This document shows, one piece after another, positions 25,192-37,778 of a stretch of 48,268 nucleotides of DNA. Position numbers and translations under genes: made by a program. The DNA is from Gemmatimonadaceae bacterium (GTDB lineage: Bacteria; Gemmatimonadota; Gemmatimonadetes; Gemmatimonadales; Gemmatimonadaceae): contig JANRJP010000083.1 in assembly GCA_033763905.1 (NCBI GenBank), positions 1-48,268 of the forward strand, in the 5' to 3' direction. The notes under the pieces were generated by a model that searched no databases, was not told the origin of the DNA, and worked only from the letters and a program-made list of their open reading frames with translations. The first letter of the stretch is position 1. Every line of letters begins with the position of its first letter.

Positions 25192-26493
25192 ATGTCTTCC
25201 ACGCTTCGTAACGCCGCTGCGATCGCGATCGCGGCGATCCCCGCGGCACTCGGCGCCCAGCTGAGTCCGGTGCCGGCGGGCAACGCGGTGGCCGGTGCCT
25301 ACATCAGCCAGGCCAAGGGCTATGAGGCCCTCTGGATGAACCCGGCGAACCTCGCGGTTCGGAACGGCCCGAAGATCACGCTCGGGCTCGGCAACGTCGG
25401 CGTCTCGTCGAGCGCGCTCGGGCTCGACATCAACCAGCTGTCCGACCTGGCGCGCAGCTTCGGTGACGACGGGAACGGCTTCGATGCGGCCGCCAAGGCC
25501 GACATCCTCGCCAACATTCCGTCGACGGGCACCAACATTCGCGGACAGGTGCTCGTGCCGGCCGCGAGCCTCCAGATCGGCCGCTTGGCGATTGGCGCCG
25601 CGATCGGTTCGGTGTTCGACTACAACTTCGGTCGCGACCTCGTCGATCTGGCCCTCAACGGCTACGACCAGAACCGCGTCGACTACCGCGTCGGCAACAC
25701 GAACGGCCGGCAGGCGACGTATCTCGATCTCGCCGCGGGCCTGGGCCACAAGATCGGGCCGCTGCAGCTCGGTGTCACCGGCCACTACATCGTGCCGCGT
25801 GCGCTCGAGCAGTGGCGCATCTTCGAGCCGCAGTACGACCTCGTCAACCGCACCTTCCGGATGGACGGGTATTCCACCGGGACTACCGGCGGCAGCGGCT
25901 GGTCGGTCGACGTGGGCGGCACGCTCAACCTCGGACTCATCACGGTGAGCGCCGTGCTGCAGAACGCGGCCGGCAAGTTCACCTGGGATGAAGCGAACCT
26001 CGGCTACCGCGGCTTCTCGGTGACCGACAGCAACATCGAGAACATCGACGGCGTGCTGCAGGACGTCTTCAAGGCGACGGCGACGCCGCTGACGGCGACC
26101 TCGCCGCTCGGCGCGACGCAGACCGTGCAGGGCCTCTACAGCCGCGCGTTCCTGCCCAAGGTCTTCCGGGCGGGTGGCCACCTCAAGCTGCCGATTCTCG
26201 GCACGCGCGTCTCGGGGCAGTACAACGAGACGATCGAGGAAGGCTTCATCGGCGGCAACTGGCAGAAGTACATCTCGGTCGGTGCGTCGCAGAAGATCCT
26301 GTTCTTCACCCCGTCGGTCGGCTATGCCCAGAGCACCGAGCCCAACGAAGGGAACCTCTTCACCGCCGGCCTCGGCCTTGGCCCGATCAACGTGTCGGTC
26401 GCCAAGCTGACGGAAGGACTCGCGGCGGGCACGAGTGGCCGCAAGGAGCGCGAGGGCGTGATGGTCTCGTTCGGGCTGACCCTGGGCTTCTGA
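25192..26493 (+). CDS. Outer-membrane beta-barrel protein (FadL/TraF/DUF5723-like)
   Basis: Signal peptide ending [16 protein letters not shown] (NPA motif); GWSVDVGG; C-terminal SFGLTLGF. Confidence 0.78.
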   Translation: MSSTLRNAAAIAIAAIPAALGAQLSPVPAGNAVAGAYISQAKGYEALWMNPANLAVRNGPKITLGLGNVGVSSSALGLDINQLSDLARSFGDDGNGFDAAAKADILANIPSTGTNIRGQVLVPAASLQIGRLAIGAAIGSVFDYNFGRDLVDLALNGYDQNRVDYRVGNTNGRQATYLDLAAGLGHKIGPLQLGVTGHYIVPRALEQWRIFEPQYDLVNRTFRMDGYSTGTTGGSGWSVDVGGTLNLGLITVSAVLQNAAGKFTWDEANLGYRGFSVTDSNIENIDGVLQDVFKATATPLTATSPLGATQTVQGLYSRAFLPKVFRAGGHLKLPILGTRVSGQYNETIEEGFIGGNWQKYISVGASQKILFFTPSVGYAQSTEPNEGNLFTAGLGLGPINVSVAKLTEGLAAGTSGRKEREGVMVSFGLTLGF

Positions 26494-26513
26494 GCCTCGG
26501 ACGACTGCTGGAG

Positions 26514-26547
26514 GACGATGGGGGGCGCTTCGGCGCCCCCCATCGTC
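26514..26547 (+). terminator. Perfect 15-bp hairpin with cUUCGg loop after the barrel gene
   Basis: GACGATGGGGGGCGC-TTCG-GCGCCCCCCATCGTC; only a weak T tail (GTTCT). Confidence 0.75.
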
Positions 26548-26588
26548 GTTCTGGGCCCCCGACGGGCGGCCTCCCCTATATTTCGGCC

Positions 26589-27617
<1,029 letters not shown>

Positions 27618-27625
27618 GCGTTCCA

Positions 27626-27656
27626 CGGCGTCGTCGGCGGGAGGCCGACGACGCCG
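27626..27656. other. Perfect 13-bp GC-rich hairpin between ruvB and queA
   Basis: CGGCGTCGTCGGC-GGGAG-GCCGACGACGCCG; no U tract on either side. Confidence 0.7.
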
Positions 27657-27677
27657 CGCGACGCGTAGCGAGTCCCG

Positions 27678-29851
<2,174 letters not shown>

Positions 29852-29856
29852 TCCCG

Positions 29857-30225
29857 ATGCCTCTCCAGACTCCGTTCGCGTTGCTCGCCCTCCAGCAGGG
29901 CGGTCTTCAGCAGATGTTGCCGTTTCTGTTTCAGATCGCGGCCTTCTTCGCGATCTTCTACTTCATCGTGCTCCGTCCGCAGCAGAAGGAGCGCAAGAAG
30001 CATCAGGACCGCTTGCTCGCACTCAAGCGCGGTGACGAAGTGATCACCGCCGGCGGTCTGATCGGGGAAGTCGCGACGATCACGCAGACGCTCAAGGATG
30101 GCCAGCCGACCTCGTCGCTCGAGGATCGGGTGACGATCAAGTCGGGCGAGTCGAAGGTCGTGGTGCAGCGCGGTCGCATTGCCGTGGTGCTTGGCGACGG
30201 CGGCTCGGCGCTCCCCAACGCCTGA
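29857..30225 (+). CDS. yajC: Preprotein translocase subunit YajC
   Basis: FYFIVLRPQQK, GDEVITAGGLIG; follows tgt. Confidence 0.95.
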   Translation: MPLQTPFALLALQQGGLQQMLPFLFQIAAFFAIFYFIVLRPQQKERKKHQDRLLALKRGDEVITAGGLIGEVATITQTLKDGQPTSSLEDRVTIKSGESKVVVQRGRIAVVLGDGGSALPNA

Positions 30226-30232
30226 GCCGTCC

Positions 30233-30793
30233 GTGAGCGTCCTGACGATTCGCGTCCTTGGCGACCCGGTGCTGCGGGACGACACCGTCCCGATCACCGG
30301 GATGACGTCGGAACTGCGCACGCTGGTCGACGATATGTTCGACACGATGCACGCGGCGCAGGGCATTGGCCTCGCCGCCCCGCAGGTGGGACGACGCGAA
30401 CGCTTGGCAGTGATCGAAATCGAGGGACAGCGCGTGGTGCTCGTGAATCCCGAAATCGTGCACACGAGCGGCAAGTCGAAGCGCGAAGAAGGCTGCTTGA
30501 GCATTCCGGACGTGTTCGCGCACGTCGAGCGACCGGGCCTCGTGCGGGTGCGGGCGCTCGACGTGGATTTCAAGCCTTTCGAGATCGAGGCGGGCGATTT
30601 GATGGGTACCTGCCTGCAGCACGAGATCGACCACCTGCACGGCAAGATGTTCCTCGACCGCCTGTCGTTGCTCAAGCGTCGGCGCGCGTTGGCGGAGTGG
30701 GACGAGATCAAGGCGGAGTACCCCGACTTCCGGCGCGTGCTCTCGCCAGGGGATCTCCAGGCGCATCCGTCGCGCGAGGACGAGTCACTGTAG
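30233..30793 (+). CDS. def: Peptide deformylase
   Basis: GIGLAAPQVG, EGCLS, QHEIDHL. Confidence 0.98.
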   Translation: MSVLTIRVLGDPVLRDDTVPITGMTSELRTLVDDMFDTMHAAQGIGLAAPQVGRRERLAVIEIEGQRVVLVNPEIVHTSGKSKREEGCLSIPDVFAHVERPGLVRVRALDVDFKPFEIEAGDLMGTCLQHEIDHLHGKMFLDRLSLLKRRRALAEWDEIKAEYPDFRRVLSPGDLQAHPSREDESL

Positions 30794-30796
30794 GCG

Positions 30797-31723
30797 ATGC
30801 GCATCGTCTTTTGGGGGACCCCCGAGTTTGCCGTCCCGTCGTTGAGCGCGCTGCTCGGCGAGGGGGCCGACGTGGTGGGTGTGGTGACGCAGCCCGATCG
30901 CCCCGTGGGGCGGCATCGGGTCCTGACGCCGCCCCCGGTGAAGGTGCGAGCGCTGGAAGACGGGATTCCCGTGCTGCAACCAGAGAAGCCGCGCGGCGAG
31001 GCGTTCTACGCGGAGCTCGCGGCACTCGCGCCCGACCTGCACGTGGTCGTTGCGTACGGCAACCTGCTGCCCGCCGCCGTGATCGATGGACCACGTCACG
31101 GCACGATCAACGTGCACGCGTCGCTGCTGCCGCGCTGGCGTGGCGCGGCGCCGATCGAAGCGGCCATTCTCGCTGGCGACACCGAGACCGGCGTGTCGAT
31201 TCAGCAAATGGTCCTCGCCCTCGACGCGGGTGATGTGCTGCTGGAGCTCCGGACGCCGCTGCTCGCCGACGAAACCGGCGGCGAACTGACGAACCGGCTC
31301 TCGGAGCTCGGGGCGTCGGCGTTGCTCGAAGTCCTGCCGCTGATCGAGATGGGCGCCGTGTCACGGACGCCGCAGGACGACACGCACGTGACCTACGCGG
31401 GCAAAGTCACGCGAGAGGCCGCGCGCCTGCGCTGGGCGGACGACGCCGCATCGGTCGCCCGCGCGATCCGCGCGTACGATCCGCGCCCCGGCGCCTGGTC
31501 GGTGCTCCGTGGAGACGATGTGAAGCTCTACGGCGCCCGCGTCGAGCAAGACGCCAACGGCGACCCCGGGCTCGTGCTCGAGATTGCCGAGCACGGCCTC
31601 CTGGTAGCCTGCGGCACGGGCGCCGTGCGCATCGGCTACGCGCATCCGGCCGGCAAGCGGCGCGTCGCGGCGCTCGACTGGCATCAGGGCCGCGGCGTGC
31701 AGGTCGGCGACGCGTTCGTCTGA
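30797..31723 (+). CDS. fmt: Methionyl-tRNA formyltransferase
   Basis: GTPEFA, TQPDRP, NVHASLLPRWRGAAPI. Confidence 0.98.
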   Translation: MRIVFWGTPEFAVPSLSALLGEGADVVGVVTQPDRPVGRHRVLTPPPVKVRALEDGIPVLQPEKPRGEAFYAELAALAPDLHVVVAYGNLLPAAVIDGPRHGTINVHASLLPRWRGAAPIEAAILAGDTETGVSIQQMVLALDAGDVLLELRTPLLADETGGELTNRLSELGASALLEVLPLIEMGAVSRTPQDDTHVTYAGKVTREAARLRWADDAASVARAIRAYDPRPGAWSVLRGDDVKLYGARVEQDANGDPGLVLEIAEHGLLVACGTGAVRIGYAHPAGKRRVAALDWHQGRGVQVGDAFV

Positions 31724-31740
31724 GTGGGCCCACGCGCCGC

Positions 31741-32430
31741 GTGATGCGCCCGACTCTTCACGCCGTAACCGACGACGCGATTCTGGCGCGGCCGCGGTTC
31801 GTCGAGGTCGCGCGCGACGTGATGCGCTGCGGCGGCCCCCGCCTCGCGCTGCATCTGCGAACCACCGCTCCCGACGTCCGCCGCCTGTGGCAGCTCGCGT
31901 CGGCGCTGGCCGAGGTGCAGCACGAGACGGGCGCGTGGGTAGTCATCAATGGCCGCGCCGATCTCGCCATCGCGGTCGGCGCGCGCGGCGTGCAGCTCGG
32001 CCGCCGCGCGCCGCTGGTCGCCGACATCGTGCGCGTGCGTGCAACGCTCGCCGCGCGCGGTGTGCCGGCCGCCGCGGCACTCGGGATCGGCGCCAGCGTA
32101 CACGCGGCCGAGGAGGGCGACGCAGCCGCCCGTGCGGGAGCGGACTGGCTGATGGCGGGACACATCTTCGTGACAGGCAGCCACCCGGCCGAGGCGGCCC
32201 GCGGGGTGGCGTTCCTCGAGCGCGTGGTCGCCGCGGCGACCTGTCCGGTCATCGCCATCGGCGGAATCACACCGCGCACCGTGGGCGTGGTCCGTCGCGC
32301 CGGCGCGTCCGGGGTGGCCGCGATCCGCGGCCTCTGGGAGCAGCCCGATGCTCCAGCGGCGGTCGCCGAGTATCTTTCGGCGTATGACGACGCCGATCGC
32401 GACATCGATCCGACTCACGGTCAACGGTGA
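31741..32430 (+). CDS. thiE: Thiamine phosphate synthase/TenI family protein
   Basis: INGRADLA, GVQLG, GASVH, IFVTGSH, IAIGGIT; adjacent to thiS-thiG. Several ThiE residues look TenI-like. Confidence 0.75.
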   Translation: MMRPTLHAVTDDAILARPRFVEVARDVMRCGGPRLALHLRTTAPDVRRLWQLASALAEVQHETGAWVVINGRADLAIAVGARGVQLGRRAPLVADIVRVRATLAARGVPAAAALGIGASVHAAEEGDAAARAGADWLMAGHIFVTGSHPAEAARGVAFLERVVAAATCPVIAIGGITPRTVGVVRRAGASGVAAIRGLWEQPDAPAAVAEYLSAYDDADRDIDPTHGQR

Positions 32431-32611
32431 CCGTCGCGACGTCACGCCCGGCTTGACCGTGGGTGGCTTGCTCCGCGAGCTGCAGCTCGACCCGCGACTG
32501 GTGGTCGTGGAGCGCAACCGCGAGATCCTGCGTGACCGGGCAGCGCACGACACGATCGCGCTCGCCGACGGCGATGTGCTCGAACTCGTGCATTTCGTCG
32601 GAGGTGGCTGA
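32384..32611 (+). CDS. thiS: Sulfur carrier protein ThiS
   Basis: VNG, VERNREI, C-terminal ELVHFVGGG. Confidence 0.95.
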   Translation: MTTPIATSIRLTVNGDRRDVTPGLTVGGLLRELQLDPRLVVVERNREILRDRAAHDTIALADGDVLELVHFVGGG

Positions 32612-33411
32612 TGACGATGACCGCCGCTGCCTCGCTGGATACGCCATTCGTGATCGCCGACCGCACCTTCCGGTCGCGCCTGCTCGTGGGCACGGGCAAG
32701 TACCGCACGAACCAGCAGATGGTCGAAGCCATCGCCGCCTCGGGTGCCGATGTGGTCACCGTTGCCGTGCGACGGGTCGATCTGGATCGCTCGAAGGAAG
32801 AGGGCATTCTCCATCACCTGGATCCGCAGCAGTACTTCCTGCTCGCGAACACGGCCGGGTGCTACACGGTCGAGGACACGCTGCGCTACAGCCGTCTGGC
32901 GCGCGCGGCGGGCTTCAACGAGTGGATCAAGCTGGAAGTCATTGGCGACAAGGAGACCCTGCTCCCCGATACGGCCGGTCTCATCGAGGCCACGCGCATC
33001 CTGAGCGCCGAAGGCTTCAAGGTGATGGCGTACACCAACGACGATCTCATCACCGCCTTGCGACTCGAGGACGCGGGTGCGGTCGCGGTGATGCCGTTGG
33101 CGGCACCGATCGGCTCGGGACTCGGCCTCCTCAACCCGTACGCGATTCGCACGATCAAGCATCGCTTGTCCGTGCCAGTACTCGTGGACGCGGGGCTCGG
33201 CGCGGCAAGCGATGCGGCATTGGCGATGGAGCAGGGCGTCGACGGCGTGTTGCTCAACACGCCGATCGCCGAAGCGGAGGATCCGGTGCGGATGGCAGTC
33301 GCGATGCGTCGCGGCGTGGAAGCGGGGCGCCTGTCGTTCCTCGCGGGTCGGATGCCGCGTCGTGAGGTCGCCGTGCCGTCGTCGCCGCTCCGCGGGATGC
33401 TCGCACCGTGA
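32611..33411 (+). CDS. thiG: Thiazole synthase
   Basis: SRLLVGTGKY, NTAGC, IKLEVIGD, MPLAAPIGSGLG. Confidence 0.98.
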   Translation: MTMTAAASLDTPFVIADRTFRSRLLVGTGKYRTNQQMVEAIAASGADVVTVAVRRVDLDRSKEEGILHHLDPQQYFLLANTAGCYTVEDTLRYSRLARAAGFNEWIKLEVIGDKETLLPDTAGLIEATRILSAEGFKVMAYTNDDLITALRLEDAGAVAVMPLAAPIGSGLGLLNPYAIRTIKHRLSVPVLVDAGLGAASDAALAMEQGVDGVLLNTPIAEAEDPVRMAVAMRRGVEAGRLSFLAGRMPRREVAVPSSPLRGMLAP

Positions 33412-34748
33412 CCGGCCGTCGCTCGCCCGGCGGCTCGACCGCGTCGATCACCGACTCGCGGCGCATTGGCGCCGAGATCTGCGCCGATCTGCGCAACGGG
33501 GAATTGCTCGACGCGTCGTTCGAGCGGCACAGCGCCTCGCTCGACGCGCGCGACCGTCGCTGGACGCTCGAACTGGTGGCGGGAATGCTCCGGCGCCGCG
33601 GCTGGCTCGACGCGGTCCTGACCGGTTGCGTGACCGGCGGACTGGCTCGGCTGGACCCGGACTTGATCGACCTGCTTCGCTTGGGCGCGCACCAGCTGCT
33701 CGGGATGGACCGAGTGCCTGCGTATGCCGCGATTGCACAGACCGTGGAGCTGGCGAAGCAGCGGCACGGACGCGGGGCCGCTGGGCTCGTGAACGCGGTG
33801 CTGCGCCGACTCGACCGCGAGCGCACCACCATTGCCCCCGCCGTGCCCGGCGATCCGGTCGATGCGCTGGCGCAGACGTATTCGCATCCGCGTTGGCTCG
33901 TCGCGCGCTGGATTGCGCGCTGGGGCGCCGAGGAGACCGAGCGACTGCTCGCGGCGAACAACACCGTCGCCCCGCTGGTGGTGCGCCCGTATGGCGTCGT
34001 CGCCGAGCAGCTCGAGGCGATGCTCGAGGCCAGCGACGTGCCGGTGGAACACGTGCCGCTGGTGCGGGACTCGCTGCAACTCGGCACCGGCGTCTCCCTC
34101 ACCGAGCTCGGCGCGTTCCGCCAGGGTCGGCTGTTCGTCCAGGATCCGGCGGCGACCTTGGTGGTGCACTACGCCGACATTCCGGCCGGCGCGCGCGTGC
34201 TGGATCTCTGCGCCGCCCCGGGCGGCAAGTCGCTCGAGCTGTCGCGGATCGCGTCGGTCGTGCACGCGGCCGATCGCAGCGCGAGCCGCGCCGAGCGGAT
34301 CCGCGACAATGTGCGTCGCGTCGAGGCGACGAACATCGAAGTGCACGTCGCCGACGCGCGCGAGCCCGCGCTCCGCGAGATGGACGTCGTGCTCGTCGAT
34401 GCGCCGTGCACTGGCACCGGCACCTTCCGTCGGCATCCGGATGCCCGGTGGCGCCTGCGGATCAGCGATCTCGCCGTGATGGGGGCGGCCCAGCGCAGCA
34501 TTCTGGCGGCCGCCGCCGATGCCGTGGCGCCGGGCGGTCTGCTGATCTACTCCACGTGCTCGCTCGAACCCGAAGAGAACGACGCACAGATCGAGCGCCT
34601 GCTGGCCGAGCGCAGCGACTTCGTGCTGGAGCCGCCGTCGGTTGGCGCGGTACCGGCGACCGTGCTCGATGCCGGCCGGCTGCGGGTGCTCCCGCAACGA
34701 CACGGGCACGACGGCGCCTTCGCCGCGCGGCTGCGGCGCGTCCGGTAG
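33408..34748 (+). CDS. rsmB: 16S rRNA m5C967 methyltransferase RsmB/Sun
   Basis: NusB-like N-terminus, DLCAAPGGKS, DAPCTGTG, YSTCS. Confidence 0.96.
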   Translation: MTGRRSPGGSTASITDSRRIGAEICADLRNGELLDASFERHSASLDARDRRWTLELVAGMLRRRGWLDAVLTGCVTGGLARLDPDLIDLLRLGAHQLLGMDRVPAYAAIAQTVELAKQRHGRGAAGLVNAVLRRLDRERTTIAPAVPGDPVDALAQTYSHPRWLVARWIARWGAEETERLLAANNTVAPLVVRPYGVVAEQLEAMLEASDVPVEHVPLVRDSLQLGTGVSLTELGAFRQGRLFVQDPAATLVVHYADIPAGARVLDLCAAPGGKSLELSRIASVVHAADRSASRAERIRDNVRRVEATNIEVHVADAREPALREMDVVLVDAPCTGTGTFRRHPDARWRLRISDLAVMGAAQRSILAAAADAVAPGGLLIYSTCSLEPEENDAQIERLLAERSDFVLEPPSVGAVPATVLDAGRLRVLPQRHGHDGAFAARLRRVR

Positions 34749-34757
34749 GGCGGCGAG

Positions 34758-35483
34758 GTGCAGCGCCTGCTGGCCGGACTCCGGGCGCTCGCGCCGTATG
34801 TGTTGGTCACGCTCGCGGGCTTCGGTCTCGCGTACTCGGTGCTGTTCGTGCTGCTGCCATCGGGGGCGGCTGCGGCATCGCCCCGGGTGCCGGATCTGGT
34901 CGGCTTGTCGCTCGACAGCGCACGCACGCGGCTGGAGCAGTTGGGCTACGCGGTGCGCGCCAACCCACCGATTCCGCATCCGACGATCGCCGAAGGCTTG
35001 GTGATCGCGCAATCGCCGTCGCCGGGGAGCGAAGACCCCACGGGCAGCGCGGTCACGCTCACCATCAGCGCGGGAAATCGTCGGACCACGGTGCCGGGGC
35101 TGATTGGTCTCCCGCGCGACGAGGCGGAGCGGCTCCTGACCCAAGCGGGCTTGGCGGCGGGCGACATCGAAGAACGCCCGAGTGCCTTGGCGCGCGGCAC
35201 GATTCTGGACACACGCCCGGTCCCTGGGGCGGTGATCGGGGTGCCCGGCACGGTCACGCTGATCGTCAGCGGTGGCCCCGCCGAGGTCATCGTCCCCGAC
35301 GTGCTTGGCCAGGACTACGCCGCGGCGCGCACGCAGTTGGAGCAGCTCGGCCTCACCGCCGACTCGGCCGGCGCGGAACCGTCGTCGAGCGTGCCGCCAG
35401 GCTCCGTGATCAGCCAAGCGCCCGATGCCGGCACCAAAATTCCCAGCGGCGCCAAGGTCCGTTTGATCGTCGCCACTCCCTGA
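34758..35483 (+). CDS. Membrane-anchored protein with three PASTA domains and no kinase domain
   Basis: N-terminal TM; VPDLVG, VPGLIG, VPDVLG repeats; VIAQSP/VISQAP. Confidence 0.93.
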   Translation: MQRLLAGLRALAPYVLVTLAGFGLAYSVLFVLLPSGAAAASPRVPDLVGLSLDSARTRLEQLGYAVRANPPIPHPTIAEGLVIAQSPSPGSEDPTGSAVTLTISAGNRRTTVPGLIGLPRDEAERLLTQAGLAAGDIEERPSALARGTILDTRPVPGAVIGVPGTVTLIVSGGPAEVIVPDVLGQDYAAARTQLEQLGLTADSAGAEPSSSVPPGSVISQAPDAGTKIPSGAKVRLIVATP

Positions 35484-35494
35484 GCCCACGCGTT

Positions 35495-36169
35495 ATGCCT
35501 GCCCCGACTGTTCGCATTGCCCCGAGCCTGCTCAGCGCCGACTTCGCGCGATTGAAGGATGACATCGCGATGATCGAAGCCGGCGGCGCCGACTGGCTGC
35601 ACGTCGACGTGATGGACGGCGTCTTCGTACCGAACCTCACGTTTGGCGCCAAGGTGATCGAGACGTGCCGGGGGCTCACCCGCCTGCCCCTCGATGTCCA
35701 TCTGATGGTCGTCGAGCCCGAGAAGTACTTCGACAGCTTCGTGAAGGCCGGCGCCGATATGCTCACGATTCACGTCGAAGCCGCGCCACACCTGCACCGC
35801 CAGATCGGTCGCATCAAGGAGCTCGGCGCGAAGGCCGGCGCCACGCTCAACCCGTCGACACCGGTGAGCGCGCTGGACGAAGTGGCGGCGGATCTCGACC
35901 TGTTGCTGGTGATGAGCGTGAACCCGGGCTTCGGCGGCCAGAAGTTCATCGAGGCCAGCACGGCAAAGATCGCCAAGGCACGCGCACTGCTCGATGGCGC
36001 GAAGAGCGCTGCGCTGCTCGAAGTCGACGGAGGCATCACGCGCGACACGATCACGCGTTGCTGGCGTGCGGGAGCGGACACGTTCGTCGCCGGCAACGCC
36101 GTCTTCGCGGCGAAGGACCCGGTGGCCGAGATCGCCGCACTGCGTGCGCGCTGCGCCGAGGTGGCGTGA
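35495..36169 (+). CDS. rpe: Ribulose-phosphate 3-epimerase
   Basis: IAPSLLSADF, HVDVMDG, DVHLM, MSVNPGFGGQ, EVDGG. Confidence 0.98.
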   Translation: MPAPTVRIAPSLLSADFARLKDDIAMIEAGGADWLHVDVMDGVFVPNLTFGAKVIETCRGLTRLPLDVHLMVVEPEKYFDSFVKAGADMLTIHVEAAPHLHRQIGRIKELGAKAGATLNPSTPVSALDEVAADLDLLLVMSVNPGFGGQKFIEASTAKIAKARALLDGAKSAALLEVDGGITRDTITRCWRAGADTFVAGNAVFAAKDPVAEIAALRARCAEVA

Positions 36170-36717
36170 TGAAGCGCCAACTGGGCGTCGTTGCGGCACT
36201 GGTCGGGGGGCTCGGGCTCGTGCTGGTGCTCGCGACGCAAATGGTGGGCAAGCCGCCAGCCGAGGTGAAGGAGGGTGGTCGCGCCCCGGACTTTTCGGCG
36301 ACGACACTCGACCAGACACCGCAGGCGCGCTCGATGGCCAACTACCGCGGCCAGGTGGTGCTGGTGAACGTGTGGGCCACGTGGTGCGGGCCCTGTCGCG
36401 TCGAAATGCCCTCGATGCAGCGCCTGCACGAGAAGCTGGGTCCCAAGGGGCTCAAGGTCGTGGCGGTGGCCGTGGACGATGTCGGCAACGAGCAGCGCGT
36501 TCGCGACTTCGTCGCGCGACTCGGGCTGGGCTTCGACATCCTGCACGATCCCTCGGGCCGGATCGAACAGGACTGGCAGGCCTTCGGCATCCCGTCGAGC
36601 TACGTGATCGACAAGAAGGGCGTGATTCGTCGATTCGAGCGCGGGGCCATCGAATGGGACACCCCCGAGGTCGTCGCCTTCGTCGAAGGCTTGCTCACTG
36701 AACGCGGCGGCGACTGA
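36169..36717 (+). CDS. TlpA/ResA-family thiol-disulfide oxidoreductase
   Basis: N-terminal TM; NVWATWCGPCRVEMP. Confidence 0.95.
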   Translation: MKRQLGVVAALVGGLGLVLVLATQMVGKPPAEVKEGGRAPDFSATTLDQTPQARSMANYRGQVVLVNVWATWCGPCRVEMPSMQRLHEKLGPKGLKVVAVAVDDVGNEQRVRDFVARLGLGFDILHDPSGRIEQDWQAFGIPSSYVIDKKGVIRRFERGAIEWDTPEVVAFVEGLLTERGGD

Positions 36718-37764
36718 GTGCGCGTCCTCGGGATCGAGACGAGCTGCGACGAGACCTCGGCCGCCGTCATCGACGGCGACGGCACCTCCCCCGCGCAGAT
36801 CCGATCACTCGTGATTCTGTCGCAGGATGTGCACGGCGTCTTCGGCGGCGTCGTGCCGGAGATCGCATCACGCGAGCATCTGCGCGCGGTGGTGCCGGTG
36901 ACCGACGCGGCCTTGGCACAGGCCGGGGTGACGCTGTCGGAGATCGACGCGATCGCCGTGACCGCCGGCCCGGGCTTGGTGGGCGCGCTGCTGGTCGGCG
37001 TGAGCTACGCCAAGGCCCTCGCGCTCCGGCTGCAGGTGCCGCTGATCGGCGTGCACCATATGGAGGGCCACCTCTTTGCGACCGCGCTCGAGTCTCCGGA
37101 CGCGGTGCCCCCGTTCACCGCGCTGTTGGTGAGTGGCGGGCACACGCTGCTGGTCGATGTCCCCGCGTGGGGAGAGTATCAGATCCTCGGCAGCACCCGC
37201 GACGATGCCGCCGGCGAGGCGTTCGACAAGGCCGCCAAGTTGCTGGACCTGGGCTACCCTGGTGGTCCGGCCATCGAGCGCTTGGCCCGCGAGGTGTCGC
37301 CCGAGGCGGGCGTGAAGTTCCCGCGTCCGATGCTGCACGGCGGGCAGCGACGTGGTGACGCCGACTGGTACGATGTGTCGTTCAGCGGCCTCAAGACGGC
37401 CGTGCGGCTCGCGGTCACTGCCGCGCGCGAGGCTGGCACGCTGGAGTCGACGAAGCCCGCCATCGCGCGTGGGTTTCAGGATGCCGTCGTCGACACGCTG
37501 GCCGCCAAGACCGCGAGGGCCGTACGGGACTACGCGCGTCCCCGCGTGGTGCTGGGTGGCGGCGTGGCGGGGAATCGGGCGCTGGTCGAGGCCGTGCGTG
37601 TCGCCTGCGGCCGCCAGGTACAGGTGTTCGCCCCGGCATCGCGCTTGGCCACCGATAACGCGGCAATGATCGCCGCCGCCGGTGCGTGGCGCCTCTCGCG
37701 CGGCGAGCGGAGCGGCGTAGACTTGATGGCATTCGCCGGGGGAGGGCTTCCCGGCACGTCCTGA
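36718..37764 (+). CDS. tsaD: tRNA N6-adenosine threonylcarbamoyltransferase
   Basis: LGIETSCDET, HHMEGH, VSGGHT, DDAAGEAFDK, TDNAAMI. Confidence 0.98.
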   Translation: MRVLGIETSCDETSAAVIDGDGTSPAQIRSLVILSQDVHGVFGGVVPEIASREHLRAVVPVTDAALAQAGVTLSEIDAIAVTAGPGLVGALLVGVSYAKALALRLQVPLIGVHHMEGHLFATALESPDAVPPFTALLVSGGHTLLVDVPAWGEYQILGSTRDDAAGEAFDKAAKLLDLGYPGGPAIERLAREVSPEAGVKFPRPMLHGGQRRGDADWYDVSFSGLKTAVRLAVTAAREAGTLESTKPAIARGFQDAVVDTLAAKTARAVRDYARPRVVLGGGVAGNRALVEAVRVACGRQVQVFAPASRLATDNAAMIAAAGAWRLSRGERSGVDLMAFAGGGLPGTS

Positions 37765-37778
37765 GCGGCGGAGGCGCC

